From Vicugna vicugna (taxonomy: Eukaryota): a DNA stretch of 64,000 nucleotides. The DNA lies in assembly GCA_013265495.1 (NCBI GenBank), contig MU058259.1, positions 266,437-330,436 on the forward strand, read 5' to 3'. The notes beneath the pieces were generated by a model that worked only from the letters and a program-made list of their open reading frames with translations, had not been told where the DNA came from and searched no databases. Shown piece after piece: positions 26,501 to 39,300 of this stretch. Numbering within the stretch: position 1 is the stretch's first letter; each line of letters opens with the position of its first letter. The position numbers and the translations under genes were made by a program.

Positions 26501-28959
26501 GGATGGGTGAGACCAATTGTCTTAGGGAAAAGTAGAGACTGCACCCTAAGCCCCACCTTTTGATTGGGAGTTTTCTACCTGGGAAACTATGAGTTCCTGA
26601 TGAGTACAGCATCCTGTCTTAATCCAGAGGCAGAGGTCCTCTTAAATTGCCAGCACCTTGCAAAAGCCTCTTTATTCTGAATTTTCACAAATTACTTTTC
26701 TTTTTTGAGGTCTAGCTTACAGGACAGGGCACAGATATGGAGTGGTACAGTTCAGTGAATGTTTACCTAAGTCTACACCTGTGTGACCTCCATCAGATCA
26801 AGGTATAGAACATTTCCAGAGCCTCAGAAAGCTCACTCATGCCCCCCCTCAGCCAACACCCCAGGGTAAGCACTATTCTGACCTCTAGCGCCATAAAGTG
26901 GAATTGCTGGACCATAGGGTATATGCATGTTTAGCTTTAATAGGTACTGCCAAACCTTTTGTAAAGGTATTGAACCAATTTACAGTCCTAACCAATCACT
27001 TTTTGTTTGCCCAAATTTTCTGCTGTTGGCAGTGAAAATTCTCAATCGCACTTCTCTTGGTATTTGCTTGATCTAACCTGTGACAAGTTTTCATTACCTG
27101 CCCTGGGTTTTTAATGGTATACAAGCCAATATGGCTGTCATTTGTCATTTGCTTGTGGTGGCAACTGCAGAATGAGCAATATGGTGACACACTATGATTT
27201 CACAGTTATTGTGGGTGTTACTGTGGATTTTACGGTAAGTCTCCAAAAGACAAAAGATAAAAGAAGGTCATGTTGGTAAATCTCAACAAATTTGACCTGT
27301 GGCATTACCTTATGAGAACCCAAAGCCTGAACTGTTTCTTCTGCCTCCCAGGCAAGGAGATGCACAATTCTCACAGGTCCCCCAAGAGCTGTTTGGAAAG
27401 CAGTGGATCTTAAAACCCAGAAGGAGTGTGAGAGGAACCCAGGGACTTTGCCAATGGAGTGTCATCATTCAGGCCCCAGTGGGAATCTAAACCAGCTGAT
27501 GCTGTCTCTTTACATTTTTCCTTTTTTTTCCAAAATTATAATTAAGTTTAAAATTTTGCATTTCAGCTTTTATTTGATTAGTCTTGGAAAAATGTGTACT
27601 TTTAAAGATCTGGGTACAGCTGACAGAGTGTGTGTGACACAAGTATTCTGTTTGGTAGTCATGTCGTAGACTATTAGTGCCGTTTGTTTAGAATTTGGTT
27701 TTATTTTAAACTTTGATTAGGGAAAAAGAGAGAGAGGAAAACACCAAGTGGCAGTTTATCTGATCTGCTAAAAATGTTGCATTTAATCTAATCCTTTTCC
27801 AGGGATTTAGAGATGAAATAAATATATAAATGCCTACCGGAAAACACCTCAGCATTTTCTTGCCGACAGCCAAGCTAAGAATGCATGCCCAATGACAGGA
27901 AATGTCTGAGGATTGCTTTCTACACAGCCAGTGAGAGGGGACAATGGAGAGGGGAACGTAGATGAGACAAGATCGGCCAAATAAGGTTAATTGTTCAAGC
28001 TGAGTAATGGGTGCAGGAGCTTCATCATACTTTTCTCTTGACACTTGGTGGGTTTGCATTTTTCATAATGAAAAAAATGTAAAATATATATCAACACTAA
28101 CAAAAGCAGTCAAGTTAATAACAATATAGGAGTATAGAAGTATTGAAGAAACAGAATTTTTAAAAATAATTTATGGAAATAGGAACATGAACTGGCTTAT
28201 AAGGAATAATGATCATGGTATTGTGGCTATGTTTTTTAAAATAATTCTTATCTTTTAGGGATACATCCTGAAATTTTTGTGGATTAGATGATAGATGTAT
28301 GGGTTTTACTTCAAGATGATATAGGGAGAAGGGGAGGAAATGGGTGAGATTGGCCATGGGTGAATGGTTATTCCTGGATGACAGGGCTTTGGGGGTTCAT
28401 ATCCTGCTTGAGCTACCTTTGTGTCCATTCAGAAATAAAGTAAAAAGTAATTTATGCATGTGAATTCAAAGAAAACAGATTAGTACCATGCAATTGAGAT
28501 TTGTTTTTCTCTTAATCCTTAGGTTCTGAAAAGCTTAAATTGAAATGTTTTTATGAAACCAGCTATTGTATAAAACACCTCTGAAATTATTCTTTCATTT
28601 GGGGAACACATTAACACCAATAAAAATTAAAAGTGCAAGTCCAAACAAAAAGGTAATTGTAAGGTTCAGATGAAATTGCCTTGTGGACTAACAAATTCCC
28701 ATAGTTCCAAGCTTACTCCCAGTGCAAAGCTGCCTGGGGAGTCGGGCTTGTGGACTTCCGTGGAGTGGCCATCATATCACCAATTGGTGGCTGGATAGGG
28801 CAGGGGTAAGACACAGCTGCCAGATGTGCTTCCCCAACCCTGCCTCTTCTAGAAATTTATAGACCATTGTACAAGGAGTGACCTTTTCTGAACAGATATC
28901 AGAAGCTATAATCTGGCAAATGTATGGACCCATATGGAGACTGGGACTGAACATGGGGG

Positions 28960-29200
28960 CAGTATGTGCAGTGTTTAGGGACACTGGCTGAAGAGCCAGA
29001 CTCCCTAGGTTTAAATCCAGGGCTGTGTGGCTTTGGATAAGTTACTTAACCTCTCTGTGCATCAGCTTCCTCATCTTTAAAACAGGAGTGATCATAGTGC
29101 TCCATCCCATGGAGTTATTGTGAGGCATAACCAAGGTTAGGCTCTTAGGACAGCGCCTGTTACATAGTATGTGCTTCACAAGTGATAGGCATTGTTATCA
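28960..29200 (+). mobile_element. MIR SINE (further MIRs near 13115, 18280, 19970, 23800, 39520, 40350, 45650, 49600)
   Basis: Core gctgtgtggctttggataagttacttaacctctctgtgcatcagcttcctcatct. Confidence 0.8.
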
Positions 29201-29896
29201 TTATCTGTAAGCGGGTCAGTCTATCCTAAAACGTACTTGAACTGTGATCTCTTTACCCATTGAACAGCTAACAACTATGCTTCCCATTCTTTTCACCCAC
29301 AGACCCCCTAGCCAGAGGGGAAGGAATGCTTACTAAAAGGAACTCTGGGAGTATAGTCTGAAGAGGTCCTCTTGCAAGTACAAATCTCCTTAAAGTTTAA
29401 TATTTTCGCTTAAAATCCCCATAGAGTTTTGCATCTTGCACCACAGTACAGCTATGTTTGTTTTATTATAGAAATAATGTGATCAACCCCATAATTTTTT
29501 GCAGAATTAAGAGTTAAGAGAGATGCTTTGTGTTCAGCCCATGGCTTTCCTGATCCTCTGGATATGCCTCTTAATTTGAGAAACTGAGGTATTTAGAGCC
29601 ATTTGATATAGTGAATTTCCCAGATCCTCCTCCCAGACGTCTGGTGTACTTTCTACCAGCCTCTCCTTAATAGTATCTTCCATCCTCTGAAGGGCATTTT
29701 TTACCTCATAGCCTTTTATGATCAGGGTGCTGGATCGCATCTCCTCCTGTCCTAGTTTTCATTGACTCCTCTGTGACTATTGACTTGGTCCTTTTAGAAA
29801 CTCACTGAGTTGTTTTCTGGGACATCACTGATTTCAGGATCTCTTTCTACTGCTCTGACAACTCCTTCTCCATCTCTTTTACAGGATCATCTTTTT

Positions 29897-30368
29897 ATTT
29901 TTATTTTTTATATTAATTTTTTATTGAAGAATAGTTGTTTACAATGTGTTAGTTTCAGGTGTATAGCAAATGATTCAGTTTTGAATATAAATATTATCAA
30001 CAATATTTTCCAGATTCTTTTCCATTATAGGTTATTACAAGATATTGAATATAGTTACCTGTGCTATACAGTAGGTCCTTGTTGTTTATCTATTTTATAT
30101 ATAGTAATGTCTATCTGTTTATCCCAAACTCCTAATTTATCCTTCCCTGCCCTTCCCCTTTTGGTAGTAATAAATTTGTTTTCTAGGTCTGTGAGTCTGT
30201 TTCTGGTTTGTAAACAAGTTCATTTTATCATTTTTTTTAAGTTTCCACATGTAAGTGTTATCATAGGATATTTGTCTTTCTTTGTCTTCACTTAATCTCT
30301 AGGTGGTGCATTCATGTTGCTGTAAATGGCATTATTTCATTCTTTTTATGGCTGAGTAGTATTCCATT

Positions 30369-30408
<40 letters not shown>

Positions 30409-31701
30409 ACAGACATAAAAGGAGAAATATTGTCTATTTTGTCTGATATAAATATTGCTATTTCAGCTTTCTTTTGATTTCCATTTGTATGAAATACCTT
30501 CTTCCATCCCCTCACTTTCAGTCTGTACGTGTCTCTAGATCTGAGGTGAGTCTCTTGTCGGCAGCATATATATGGGTCTTGTTTTTGTATTCATCCAGCC
30601 ACTCTGTGTCTTTTGGTTGGAGCACTTAGTCCATTTACATTTAAGGTAATAATCGATATATGTGTTCTTATTGCCATTTTGTTAATTGTTTTGGATTTGT
30701 TTTTGTAGGGTTTTTTTTCTTCTTTTGTTCTTTTCTCTTGTGATTTGGTGACTATCTTTAGTGTCATGTTTGGATTCCTTTTTCTTTTTTGTATGTATAT
30801 CTATTATAGATTTTTGATTTGCGGTTACCATGAGGTTTTGGTATAGAAGTCTCTATATGTGATTGCTTTAAGTTGCTGATCTCTTATGTTCAAATGTAGT
30901 TTAAATATCCTGCATTAGTACTTTCCCCCTCATCACAGTTACTGTTTTTTATATCATATTTTACATCTAATTGTTTTGTGTAGCCCTTAAGTGCTTACTG
31001 TAGATACAGATGGTTTTACTACTTTTGTCTTTTAACCTCACTACTAGCTTTGTGTGGGGATGATTTCCTACCTTTACTGTATGCTTGCCTTTACTGGTGA
31101 GCTTTTCCATTTTGTAACTTTCTTATTTCTAGTTGTGGCCTTTTCTTTTCTGCCTAGAGAATTTCCTTTACCATTTTTTGTAAAGCTGTTTTTGTTGTGC
31201 TAAATTCTTTTAGCTTTTACTTGTCTGTAAAGCTTTTGATTTCTCCATCAAGTCTGAATGACAGCCTTGCTGGGTAGAGTATTCTTGGACCGCTCGGCCA
31301 CGCTACCTCGCGTTGGGTAGAGTATTCTTGGTTGTGGGTTTTTCCCTTTCATCACTTTAAATATAAGTGTGCCACTCCCTTCCGGCCTGCAGAGTTTCTG
31401 CTGAAAAATGAGCTGACAGGCTTAGGGGTGTTCCCTTCTATGTTATTTGTTGCTATTCCTTTGTTGCTTTTAATATTCTCTCTTTATCTTTGATTTTTGT
31501 CATTTTCATTACAGTGTGTCTTGGTGTGTTCCTCTTTGAGTTAATCCTGTATGGGGCTCTGCACTTCCTGAACTTAGATGAATGTTATGTTTCCCAGATT
31601 AGGAAAGTTTTCAGCTATTATCTCTTCAAATATTTTCTCAGATCTCTTTCTCTCTCTCTCTTCTCCTTCTGGGACCTGTATGATGCAAATATTAGTGCAC
31701 T
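29897..31701 (-). mobile_element. LINE-1, 5'-truncated in ORF1, with almost all of ORF2 deleted
   Basis: Minus strand: ORF1 3' part, inter-ORF region, ORF2 start (GWKKVFHTNGNQKKAEIAIFISDKID), then directly the ORF2 end (KKNEIMPFTAT), 3' UTR and A-rich tail. TSD caggatcatcttttt (29882-29896) / caggatcgtcttttt (31702-31716). Confidence 0.9.
31289..31313 (-). pseudogene. Tailless retroposed 5' fragment of (pre-)tRNA-Leu(AAG/TAG)
   Basis: Minus strand acgcga-GGTAGCGTGGCCGAGCGGT; the last 19 nt match the 5' end of mammalian tRNA-Leu(AAG/TAG). Flanked by the perfect direct repeat tgggtagagtattcttgg (31271-31288 and 31314-31331). Confidence 0.9.
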
Positions 31702-34176
31702 CAGGATCGTCTTTTTCTCTTCAACCCCCAAATGTCATGCTTTCCAGGATAATGACATCAGCTCTGGATTCTTTTCATTCTGCAGTCCTCCCAGGGTGAC
31801 CTCACTAATACTCAAAGCCTCAGTTTCCACCTACAGAGAACATTCTGGTCTTTGCCTGCTCAATGTATCTTTTCTCCACCTTCTAGTACCAGAGTTTCTC
31901 TTTCCTAGAGGAACGCATTTGTGGGTTTTCATGGAGCCGACCCTGTCCTACCCATTGCCACAGGCTTGGGTTCGTGACCCAGGCATGGCCAATCAGAATT
32001 CTCCAACTCTGGGTTACAGACCTTGGCTCAGAAAAAGACATGTAATCCCCAATGTACCACTCATATTCTTCACTGAGACTTTTGCACTGGAGCCATCAGA
32101 CCATACCAAATCCAAAACCAAAACAAATCTCTGCTGAGTTCTTGAATGAATATATGTGAATTGACAACTTTGAGATTGCCAGGGGCCATCAAGCCCAAGA
32201 GAGTCTAAGAGAGTAAAAGAAAGAAATCTAATACTGTCATTTAAACTTCTGGATCCAGCAATGCTTGAAGCTGGAGAAACAAGCCTGAACTTTTTGGTGT
32301 CCTCAGCCAGTGAATTCCCTTATTATTGTTGTTGTTGTTGTCACTTACAACTACCCATATGCTGATGGCTCCCAAATCCACATCTGTGGCCAAGGCCTCT
32401 TTCCTGAACGACAGACTCATAGAAAAAACATGCAATTAACCAACCCCCACACAGATGTCCCACAAGGACCTCTCAAACATAACATATTTTTTGCTAAATA
32501 TGGCAACCCTACTCACACTATAAATTTATACTTATATAAATTTATATTTAAAATTTTCCACTAGAATGTAAACTATAAAGACAGAATCTTTGCTAATTTA
32601 TTCATTGTTCTGTCTCTAGCACCTAGAGGAACATACACAGTGGATATTCAATAAATGTTTGTTGAAAGAATTAATGAGTCAGCAAATGAATGAAACCTTG
32701 ACTCCTTTCATAATATCATCTGCCATACTCAATCAATTACTAAGTTCTATAAATTTTAACTCACGAATATCTCAGATCTCATATCTGATCCCATCACTGC
32801 ACCCCACTGCTTACTTCAAGGCCAGATTGCTTCTTACCTGGACAATGGGACATCTCTTAACTCTTATTCCTGCCTCCAGTTACTCTCCACAGAATTACCA
32901 GGCTCTTTCTAAATTAGAGATCAGATACTATTGGGCCTATGCTTTAAATACGTCAGCAACGTTAGAGTATTCTGGCTCAAATTTTGGCCCCTGTCTCCCT
33001 TTCCAGACTCATCTCCTGGCTCTCTCTTCATGTAGCTATTACCTAAGGAAGAGAGAATCACTTGGACCACCCCAAATTTATTTGCACATTTCCTGCCTCT
33101 GTATCTTTGCCAATGCTGTGGTCTCCCATCCTCCCCTGTTCACCCTCTTGATTATCCTGCAAAATGTATGCCCTGTCCTTCAGAAAGTCTTCTCTGGTCT
33201 CTGTGTCCCCATTCTGTTTTTGAAGTCCCTCCTCTATGTTCACAAAGCTCCCTGTACACCCCTTTATCTACCAAAGTACTTATTTTACCAAAGACTATTT
33301 TAGGGCTACCTAGCATCTATATTTTACTTTTTTCCTCTTGGGTGCACAGATGTACTACATTTCCCAGCCTTCTTTGCAGTTGAGGGTGGCCATGTGTCTG
33401 AGTCCTGACCAACAGAATGTGGGTGGAAGTGATGTGCACCAGTTCCCATGAATGGGCCTGGCCCATTAAAACCTCTTTCATGTGGTCCTCCATCTCTTTC
33501 CCTTCAGCTGAGCAGAGAGGACTGAGAACATGTGGGAAGGATGAGCCTCAAGGTGGATAGAGTCACTGCACAGTTCTGCATCTTTTGGGCCACCATGGGG
33601 TCAAAACTGGGAAATATAAGAGGAGAAAAAAACCCAAGAAATTCAACACAGTACTGACTTCTTCAAGTTTTGACTTCCCTACCCAGTCTGTCTGCTATTA
33701 TTTTATTTTTCAAGTCCCCAGTCTATTGTTATCATAGTTGTTTTTGTATCCTGTCTAGAGTTTTCACTTGTAATCAGTGGGCTACATCAGATAGAGTGTA
33801 GAGAGCTTATGCATCTTGGCCAGCAGCCTCTCCATCATCTTGTTTTTGTATCCAAATTCCTGTCTAAATACCTGGCTCATAGCAGGACCTTAACAATGGT
33901 TTGCTAGGTGGACTTCTTTTTAATTATCCAAATTCATAAAATCAGCTATGGTTGCAACTATGCTTTTACCAGAACAACATTTCTTGTTCTCAGCTTTACA
34001 ATTTATATAAGTATGAAAATGTTTGAAGTGGTTCTCAGGAGAACTACAGACATGAATAAGAATGGAAAGTAGATGCTCCCAAAAGAGGTGACATTATGGT
34101 ATTACTTAACTTTCCTAGTGAGAGAAGAATAAGTAGTGATAATTTTACATACAGATCTTCGAACTAATAAAGGAAA

Positions 34177-34340
34177 GGGGTAGGGTATAGCTCAGTGGTA
34201 GAGTGCATGCTCAACATGTACAAGGTCCTGGGTTCCATCCCCAGAATCCCCAGTAACAACATTAAAAATAAAAACTAACTAACTAACTAACTAAATAAAT
34301 AAATAAACCCAATGAGCACCCCCCCCCAATTTTTTTTAAT
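34177..34340 (+). mobile_element. Camelid Vic-1-type tRNA-derived SINE
   Basis: ggggtagggtatagctcagtggtagagtgcatgctcaacatgtacaaggtcctgggttccatcccc with A/B boxes, followed by (CTAA)n(TAAA)n and a C-run tail. Possible TSD taataaaggaaag / tactaaaggaagg. Confidence 0.85.
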
Positions 34341-37300
34341 TACTAAAGGAAGGAAATTTGCAGATCACTCTTGTAAACTGACTGGCTGGTTTGTTGTAGC
34401 TTAGATATGTATAGTAGGCAGAGGTAAGAAATCGATGTTCATATGTATGCACACATTGAGAATCTAATTTGTAAATTTTTGATTCCCTAAACAATAACAT
34501 TTATAACTCTTTATTGGTGTTTATTATAAACAGATATATCACTCAGTTAACACATATTTATTAAGACCTCCTATATGCAATGTTCAGTGAGGGTTAAAAG
34601 AAGTATAAGAAAGAACTTTTGTTTAAAAGAATAGTGAGAAAGTCCCAGTGATGAGAATTTTCATTTTACTCTTCTTACGTAATATTTTCCCAGTGAAGTA
34701 GGTTTTAGTCCCATTTGACAGTGTCTACAGAGGCTCAGAAAGTTTGAGGGATCTGTTCCTGATCACATGATAATGGCAGAATTGAATCATCCACGCAGGT
34801 CTTCTGGTTCCAATTTCTGTTCCTTGTCATTACACCTCAGTCTAACTAGAAAATAAAACATCCCATCCACAAACAACTGTCCAGTGTTTCATTCCTGACT
34901 ATGATAAATGCCAGCGGAATGGTCAAATGGAGCAGGGAGCACACTTCCCTGCCTTCCCTCCCTAACTCTTGTTGAGGAAGGCCACATTCTACAAAGGGCA
35001 CTGTTGACCTGAGTGGTTCACTTTGAGAACTAAACTCATAAAAATAATAGCTGCAAATGTTCTTACCATCCTGATGAGGCTGTTTTATTCAGGACATAAT
35101 AAATAAAGAACACCAAAAAAAAAAAAAACCTGAGCAAATACCTGAGCCCAAACTGTGAGAACTAGACATCTTTAAGAAAAATTCTGTATATAGCAAACTA
35201 CAAATAGTACACAAGGTGATTCCATATTCACTTTCAGTCATTCTTCACCAAGGAACTGTGGAAAACTAGGTAATCATTTTTTTTCCTTGTAAGTAATTAT
35301 GTGTATTTTTAAAATTTAGATGTCTAATTAAAGATGTGCCAAAAGAAAACTAATCTAAAGTGAAAGTCAGGAAATGGAGGATTACCTGGAAAGGGGCATG
35401 AGGAACTTATTTTGGGGTGATGGAAATCTTCTATAGCTTGTTTTCAGTGATGAGTACTCAAATGTCTATAATTCATAGGAAAAGAACCCTTAAGATGTGT
35501 GTATTTTATTTTACTTAATTATACTTCAATGTTTTTAATGTAGAAAAGAGTATACCAGTATCTCAAAATTCTTTTGAGGGTATGTTAGCAAAAAATGTGA
35601 TAACCAATGTTCTAGGGATACATGGAGCACATCTCTTGTTTTTCAAGATTCTTACCCTTTCTTTAGATTTCTCAGAACCATGTAGCTTGACTATGAGGTA
35701 AAGTGATCAATAATATATCACATTATTTATGTTTTTGATTATGAGCTTTAGTGTTTTTCTCACAGCCACTTTGGATTTTTATGTCTAAGAACATTCTCCA
35801 ACAGAATAGAAGAGAAGGATGGGGAGTAAAATTAACTAGGGAAAAGGTTACTCTTCAAATAATTTGGTCAATGAATGCATCTTTCTGTTTGTCTTTGTAA
35901 TTGCTGCCCCCAGGACCTCATTTTTTGAAAAACAGTGTAGTGGTTGAAGTAACTTTTCTTGTGAATGGAGTCCCCAAATTGATAATCTAGTTTTAAAGAA
36001 TTGCTCTTGAATTCTGTAGGAATTTAGAAAGGAAAATGCATGAATCTCATGAATCAATGAACGATGATGCCCCAGGTCATGCTGAGTGGAGATGCTCAGT
36101 ACTGACAATTTTATCCCTGTCCTGGCCCTGGTTATCATTTCTCTGCAACCCGCTGATTCAGCTTGGCCATAAAACCTTAATAAGCAGTGGAATCTTTTTG
36201 CAAAGAGGGCATGAAGCCGCAGGCTTCTTTAATCTTCTGGCACTGCGGCAACAAGTGACAAGGTGGCCTGTGCTTCTGTGAATAATATTCCCGTCTCATG
36301 GGCTCCTCTCACCTATGCTACATGACTTCAAGAGATTGTGTTAGTCCTCCTTATTTTCTGTATCTGGTCTCTGCTCTCAAAGGCCACCTGATTGTTCTCC
36401 TTGTGCTTGAGATAGTCTTTGGGCTTTCAGAACTGTGAGCCAAACTGTAAGTTCTGCTGAGTTGCAGGGATCAAGAGTTTGGGTTTTTCTTCCTTTCTAT
36501 ATAAGATCTTTGGCTGTAATGACTGGAGCTGAAATGGTTCTTTGGCATCAAGGGACAGCAGTTCCTTCATTTTCCTTCTTTTCAGGTGGGGCAATAATAG
36601 CAGGAATGAAGAGATAATGGGCTCACTTAGCACAGTCTGAATACTAATCTTTCCTCAGGGCCAGCAAGGGAAACACCTCTTGTTTAAGAGTTCGATATCT
36701 TGCACTCATCGTCAGAAACAACTTCTCCGCCAGTGTCAGTACTTAAGGATGTAGAGTCCTCGAGGTCATTTTTCCCCCACTTCCATCACCTTTTGTCACT
36801 TCTGTTCCATATTTTTCCGCTTATTTGATCTGTATTAGCAGCTTCTCCTTTCATTCCAGCACTTAACTGTCTAATACTGACTCCTTAGAAATCCACAAGT
36901 CATCCCGAGTGCCTGAAATGATGCAGGACTATCTCCCTCTCTAGGATTTCTGAGTGTATGTGGTAAGGTCAGCAACTTGGGGATACCAGCCTCTTTGGTT
37001 CTTTTCCCTGGTGTTGGAACTTTCCTTTGCACATTGCTTCAGTTGGTCTTAGCTTGGAATATCCACGGTGTGGCCCTGGAGTGGTGGTGACAAGATTCCT
37101 TCTTAGCTTATCATAGGGAGGACTTGGATATTTCACAGAGAAGCGCTAATGTCCCAGTAGTTCTCCCGAGAGCTCCACTGCAGGATGCCTGAGGCTGCTT
37201 CTCCAGGACACGCTGGCCTGGATAATGCCTGAGCTCTCGAACAGTGCACATTTCACCTTTGTACCTGCCGCCTGCAAAATCTTCAGAAGCGGCAGTTCTA

Positions 37301-37582
37301 TTGTACCTGCTGTACACAAAACTCAATCTGATTTGATCAGGAGAGAACCAGCAAGAGAGAGAACTATCAGCTGCTTAGCCCTGGGTGGAGGTAGAGAATG
37401 ATGTTATTTTGCCACTGAGGAAATTGCAGTCCATTGACCCAAAAGTCTAGCTGCTCCAGGGGTTGCTGTGCCTCCGCTGAATCTGGAGGGCGTCTGTCAC
37501 GGGTCCACAGGCTTCAGGAGTATTTCCAAACAGAGAATAGTTGAGTAGTTTTAAGAGACATTTCTTCCCTGAGACAATCTCT

Positions 37583-38030
37583 GTGCTCTTCTTGTGCTAA
37601 TAGCACCCACCCCCTGCCCTATACAATTCATGTTCACCAGAACCTCAGAATGTGACCTTATTTGGAAATAGGGTCTTTGCAAATATAATTAATTAAGATG
37701 AGGCCATCTAGACCAAGGTGGGCCTTAATGCAATGACTTGTATCCTTTTAAGGAGAGGAGAGGACACAGAACAAAAGCCATGTGGTGACGGAGGCAGAGA
37801 TGGGGTGATGTGTCTGTAAACCAAGGAGCATGGAGGATTGCTGGTGACCACCAGGAAGCCAGAAAGAGGCAAAGAAGGATCCTTTCCGAGAGCCTCCAAA
37901 GTGAGCATGAGGCTGCCCACAATGTGAGCTCAGACTTCTGGCCTCCAGAACTGTGAAAGAACACATTTCTGTTATTTTTAAGCCACCTGGTTTGTAGTGT
38001 TTTGTTGCAGCAGCCACAGGAAACGAATGT
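37583..38030 (+). mobile_element. MaLR solo LTR (MLT1A-C like)
   Basis: gaacctcagaatgtgaccttatttggaaatagggtctttgca...cagacttctggcctccagaactgtga...gcagccacaggaaacgaat. Confidence 0.85.
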
Positions 38031-39096
38031 ATTTTCTTTCCCTGTCCACACTCTGAATCATCTGCAGACTCTTCTCTAAATCCCACAGCAGCGAGAAGTT
38101 TCAGCATTGTGATTCAGTGTAGCAATTCTGAAGCCAGATTACTTGGGTTTGAATCTTGACACTACCACTCATTAGCTATGTGCCTCCTGACCTATAAAAT
38201 GGGGCTTAAGTGAATGAATAATGTGGAGGGTTTAGAATAGTGCCTGGCACATAGGAAATGCTATCATGTGTTTGTTAGATGAAAAAAAAAGTCTGTTGGA
38301 TGGAAATGGCCACATGGAAATGGGAATGGTTCCATAGAGGAGGAACTGGGACATAAGCTTGAACTTCAGAAATTGGGTAAGACTGGTCAGAGGCCACCCA
38401 GGTGGGAGAAACAGTGTGAGCAAAGGCTTGCTGGAGGTATGAGGGAAGGGGGTGGCAAGACTCAATGAGAGCAGGACTTCCCACCCTTCTCTCCATGGTG
38501 GTTAGCGGCGAAGCTGATAGTATTTGCATATACAATGTGTCAGTGAGGCTGCCTGCAGCTGGACGTGGAGGTCACTGACCAAGGTCCTAAGAACTGAGGT
38601 GAGGCAGTACCTTGGCACATCTGAAACCCATTCCCAGCACCTGTGGGGAGCGTGGGATTTGCACAGCACTTCCCAAACTCAAATATGCATTAAAGTGCAG
38701 ATTTTGACTCCATAGGTCTTGGGTGGGGCCTGAGAGTCTGCATTTCCAGCAAGCAGGGGATGCAGAGGCATATGGTCTAAGGACCACTCTTTGCCTCAAA
38801 ATCCTTGCTACTCCAAGTATGGTCCATGGACCAGCAGCATAAGTACATCCTGGGAGCTGGTTAGAAACACTGACTTTCTGGTTGCCCCCACCCCACCCCA
38901 AACCTCCTGAATCAGAATCTTCATTTTATGATTAAGTCTTTAGTTGATTAATTTGCACTGTAGCCTTTGAGAAGTGCTGCCAGGGGAAGGAGGCAGCTAG
39001 CCCAGCTTGCTAGAGGTATAGGTCTAGCCATCTTGGTTCTTAGACCCAGCCACACAATGGATCCTTGTGGGCAGCTTTTAAAAATATTGATGTCCA

Positions 39097-39300
39097 CGCA
39101 CAGACATAGTAAACAATCTTATGGTTACCGGGGAAAAGAGGGTGGGAAAGGATAAATTTGGGTGTTTGAGATTTGCAAATGTTAACCACTATATATAAAA
39201 ATAGATTAAAAATTTTCTTCTGTATAGCACAGGGAACTATATTCAATATCTTATAATAATCGTTAATGAAAAAGAATATGAAAGTGAATATATGTTAAAG
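39097..39300 (+). mobile_element. Short L1 3' UTR fragment inserted in a MER5-type element
   Basis: acagacatagtaaacaatcttatggttacc...ctgtatagcacagggaactatattcaatatct; degenerate TSD aaaatattgatgtcca / agaatcctgatgtcca. Confidence 0.8.

Larger units (their letters stand above)
29230..33300 (+). mobile_element. Degenerate LINE-2, interrupted by an L1 and other inserts
   Basis: Pyrimidine-rich L2 motifs on both sides of the L1 (atatgctgatggctcccaaatccacatct, ttcaataaatgtttgttgaaagaattaatga). Confidence 0.6.

Noticed and set aside
31289..31313. Functional tRNA gene or CRISPR-like repeat-spacer-repeat unit
   Set aside because: Only 19 nt of tRNA with no B box. The two repeats are host L1 sequence duplicated at insertion, in a eukaryotic context with no cas genes.
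31490..32137. 215-aa ORF, the longest in the track
   Set aside because: Starts at TTG, runs across antisense L1 ORF1, the TSD, L2 and LTR-like sequence; no recognisable protein.
32659..33303. 214-aa ORF
   Set aside because: Non-ATG start, lies in decayed L2; consistent with a chance open frame.
34177..34250. Functional tRNA-Ala gene
   Set aside because: Acceptor and anticodon stems are degenerate and it runs into an A-rich SINE tail.
37111..37326. Possible minus-strand coding exon
   Set aside because: Splice-like signals are weak and no frame resembles a protein I recognise.
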